This document shows, piece by piece, positions 57,646-60,065 of a stretch of DNA of 60,065 nucleotides. Numbering within the stretch: the first letter of the stretch is position 1; the number at the start of each line of letters is the position of its first letter. Under the pieces are notes generated by a model. The model was not told the DNA's origin, searched no databases, and saw only the letters and a list, made by a program, of their open reading frames with translations. Origin of the DNA: a virus (lineage: Duplodnaviria; Caudoviricetes); IMG/VR virus record IMGVR_UViG_3300025120_000052, positions 1 to 60,065 of that record; one strand, written 5' to 3'. Both the position numbers and the translations under genes were made by a program.

Positions 57646-59688
57646 ATGGCAACTTACTATAAATACGCAGAGAGGAACGCAGAAAGCCGAATCAATTGGG
57701 CTGAAGTAGGCAAGGATATGACCGAGATGGTTCGTGAGGAAACACGAATCAGACAAGAGAAAAAAAATGCTATTGACAAGCAGGCTCGTGAAGAGTTTGA
57801 CCGACTGTCTAACCCTCCTATGGGTGAGCATCAAGGGTTTAATGAGTTTACCACAAAGTTTGCGGGCGACACGCAAGAGTATTCTTTAATGGTAGAGAAC
57901 CTTGTTAAGTCAGGGCAAATGAACCTTAGAGACTACACCAACATACGCGCTAATCTTTCCCAAGGCACAGGTGAAGCATTTTCTGTATCTGAGGAATACA
58001 ACGCTCAGTATGAAGAGTTTTTAAAAAGGCAAGAAATTGACCCTGCTACAGGGTTGCCCTCGGCTCAAGCGTATGAAGAGTTTGTTATGGGAACCGCTCA
58101 GGGATTTGGAAACTATTCCAATCATGAACTTTTTATTAGCCCTACCGACGGAAGGGTTAATCTTGGAACGATTGACCCTAAGACAAAAAAGGTAAACAAA
58201 GAAATTGGAAGTTACATTCCTGTCAATCAACTGCGCAATCGAATCAAAAGCAAGTATGACGTATACAATTTAGATGTTTCTAGTAAAGGAATGGTAGACC
58301 AACTTGGTCAAATCATTGATGTAGAAATGCGGGGCGGTGTAAAGACTCGTGAGGATGCACGAAACGGAGACAACTTTCAAGATGCGCTAGATAATTTTGT
58401 GGCATCTCAGCTAGAGATTCCAACTAATGTAACTTCTATACTTACTAATACTTTAGGTACTAACCCTGACACAGGAAATCCTTACCGATTTACTGATAAT
58501 CCCGCAGAGGCTGCTGCAAATCCTGACCTTATTCTTTCCATTGTAAACCCTATGCAACCTGATAGTGGTGTTCCGATGCCTGCATTTGGAGTAGATATGG
58601 ATGAGGTTTTAAAAGACGCAAAGTTAACTTCTGCACAAATTCAAGAAGTTAAAAAGAACAATGAGGGGCAGTTGAAAGCGGCTACTGAGGCCATGAAGAC
58701 AAGCGTTCTTTCTAAGGTTGACGTGATTGAAACCCCACAAGCTGAGTTCAACAATGAAAAAGACCGAGCAGAAAGAGGCCGTGGTGTAAGACAAACTGAA
58801 CAGGCAGTAACAAACATTGCTGATATTTACTACGGAGACCAAAGCGAACTTGACGCAGCCCTTGGATTTGTTCAAGGACTTGACCCATCAGTTAGCAGGG
58901 TATACATTGACCCCGAAAATCCTGACAACGTTCTCATAGAGCGAAAGGATAAGAAAGGAAACATCGTTGTGTTGGAGCCGTTTGTGAAGGGTGATAACGT
59001 AGAAGACTTTGTTAAGAGTGTTGTTACTACTCTCGTCCCTGATGCGGTAGACATTGAGAAAGCATTAGCGAACTCAGGTATTCGTAATGAGGACAGGACA
59101 AAGACAAATTTTGTTGGAGCAGCAGGAGAGTCACGCACACCCGTTGCGCCTACGATTCCAACGTTTGACGAAAAACTTGACGACGATGACGAGTTTTCTG
59201 ATACACCTTCTGATGTACACAAAACTGCATTTGAAGGCGCAACCAATCATACTAAGCAGGCAAACGCAGAGACAGAGTTCTTCTCTAAAGTTGGCATTAC
59301 CAATGCGGAAGTAAGGGCTATTGATGAGAACGAGATAGATGATTTCATCGTTGGGGGTAACATCAATGACAACAGCGTAACTGAGATATTTATTCCCGGT
59401 GTTATGAGTATGCCTATCCTTATCCCGGATGGCAATACCTCGGCTGAATTTGAAGCAATCAATCGCTTCATCTTAAACCACATTAGGAATGGCGGTGCAC
59501 CTCTTACCCCTAATGACTTTAAGGAACTAGACATTGATGAGTTTAGTCAGTACAACAACGAGAAGATGTCCGATGGTTTCTTAGGGCTTGAATGGAATGA
59601 TGGATTGGGGCCGCAACCTATAAGTAATGAGAACGTACAAGTGGCGAGAACTCAAGCTGCCTCCACAATAAACACTAGTGGATACTAA
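57646..59688 (+). CDS. Putative ejection/internal virion protein
   Basis: 680 aa between the small and giant ejection-type genes. Confidence 0.6.
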   Translation: MATYYKYAERNAESRINWAEVGKDMTEMVREETRIRQEKKNAIDKQAREEFDRLSNPPMGEHQGFNEFTTKFAGDTQEYSLMVENLVKSGQMNLRDYTNIRANLSQGTGEAFSVSEEYNAQYEEFLKRQEIDPATGLPSAQAYEEFVMGTAQGFGNYSNHELFISPTDGRVNLGTIDPKTKKVNKEIGSYIPVNQLRNRIKSKYDVYNLDVSSKGMVDQLGQIIDVEMRGGVKTREDARNGDNFQDALDNFVASQLEIPTNVTSILTNTLGTNPDTGNPYRFTDNPAEAAANPDLILSIVNPMQPDSGVPMPAFGVDMDEVLKDAKLTSAQIQEVKKNNEGQLKAATEAMKTSVLSKVDVIETPQAEFNNEKDRAERGRGVRQTEQAVTNIADIYYGDQSELDAALGFVQGLDPSVSRVYIDPENPDNVLIERKDKKGNIVVLEPFVKGDNVEDFVKSVVTTLVPDAVDIEKALANSGIRNEDRTKTNFVGAAGESRTPVAPTIPTFDEKLDDDDEFSDTPSDVHKTAFEGATNHTKQANAETEFFSKVGITNAEVRAIDENEIDDFIVGGNINDNSVTEIFIPGVMSMPILIPDGNTSAEFEAINRFILNHIRNGGAPLTPNDFKELDIDEFSQYNNEKMSDGFLGLEWNDGLGPQPISNENVQVARTQAASTINTSGY

Positions 59689-60065
59689 TGAACGAGCAAG
59701 CAATTAAAGACTCTTATGAGTTGTTTAAGACAGGTGGATACACCAAGTCTTATGAGGAGTTTGTAAGCCTTATCAACTCTAACCCTCAGGCTCTTGAGGA
59801 TTCGTACGAACTGTTTAAATCAGGAGGGTACTCAAAGAGTATGCAGGACTATGAGGCTTTGATGGGAGTAAAAAAAAAAGACGAGCCTACGGAATCCACT
59901 TCGGAAAGTGGTTCTTTGGATTTATTCGAAGCACCTAAACCAACAGAGGATGTTAGTGTTGAGGTTGAGGTCATGGAGCCTTCAAGTACGCGGACTCAAC
60001 CGATTCAAGTTACTCCTGATAGCCCCACTCAGGGCGGCATCAATAAAGAGAACAGAGAACTACAA
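59688..60065 (+). CDS. N-terminus of the giant virion protein (continues into 1-9200)
   Basis: ATG overlaps the TAA of the previous gene; reads MNEQAIKDSYELFKTGGY... in frame into MEPSSTR at 59973 (=54). Confidence 0.9.
   Translation, partial: MNEQAIKDSYELFKTGGYTKSYEEFVSLINSNPQALEDSYELFKSGGYSKSMQDYEALMGVKKKDEPTESTSESGSLDLFEAPKPTEDVSVEVEVMEPSSTRTQPIQVTPDSPTQGGINKENRELQ
59920..60065 (+). repeat. Terminal direct overlap, copy 2
   Basis: Repeats positions 1-146; lies inside a CDS. Confidence 0.97.

Larger units (their letters stand above)
1..60065. mobile_element. Complete circularly assembled bacteriophage genome (~59,919 bp), podovirus-like, probable Bacteroidota host
   Basis: Terminal overlap; terminase, portal, capsid, lysin and replication modules; TAnnTTTG promoters. 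The GroEL/GroES plus structural layout recalls Cellulophaga phi38:1-like marine phages (recollection, not a search). Confidence 0.93.

Noticed and set aside
59870-59879. A10 run as a programmed frameshift site
   Set aside because: The frame is already continuous into the giant ORF and no alternative product is evident.
59920-60065. Terminal repeat as a biological direct terminal repeat
   Set aside because: It falls mid-CDS and has the size of an assembler overlap, so it indicates circular assembly. The single mismatch is probably a strain variant or error.
1-60065. Stop-codon reassignment or a diversity-generating retroelement
   Set aside because: Genes are intact and densely packed under the standard code with all three stops used; no reverse transcriptase or TR/VR pair was seen.

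Overview
The window is an apparently complete, circularly assembled dsDNA tailed-phage genome of about 59.9 kb. Positions 59920-60065 repeat 1-146 with one mismatch. The host is most likely Bacteroidota, inferred from many TAnnTTTG promoters, A-rich starts without obvious Shine-Dalgarno motifs and a BT4734-type primase. Two transcription arms diverge from a non-coding region at about 24.55-25.08 kb. The minus-strand arm carries early and replication genes: amidoligase, GATase-GGCT fusion, Sak-like annealase, exonuclease, SSB-like protein, primase-helicase, SF2 helicase, nucleases and two DnaA-C-like HTH proteins. The plus-strand arm carries an M43 protease, GroEL/GroES, a cluster of tiny basic proteins, fibres, lysis genes, terminase, portal, capsid, podovirus-like tail and ejection proteins, including a ~3143-aa protein that spans the assembly junction. 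I recognised no DNA polymerase, integrase, tRNA or CRISPR array. The most striking non-coding signals are four. (1) Two type III hammerhead ribozymes bracket the amidoligase gene and share an identical stem III, so the excised 1124-nt RNA could in principle circularise. (2) At least 15 dispersed copies of a 16-bp palindrome GAGAGTTYRAACTCTC occur, two of them directly abutting the ribozymes. (3) Two origin-like elements have nearly identical motif spacing. (4) A small basic gene is overprinted inside the giant virion gene. All protein family calls come from motif recognition by eye, not from database searches.
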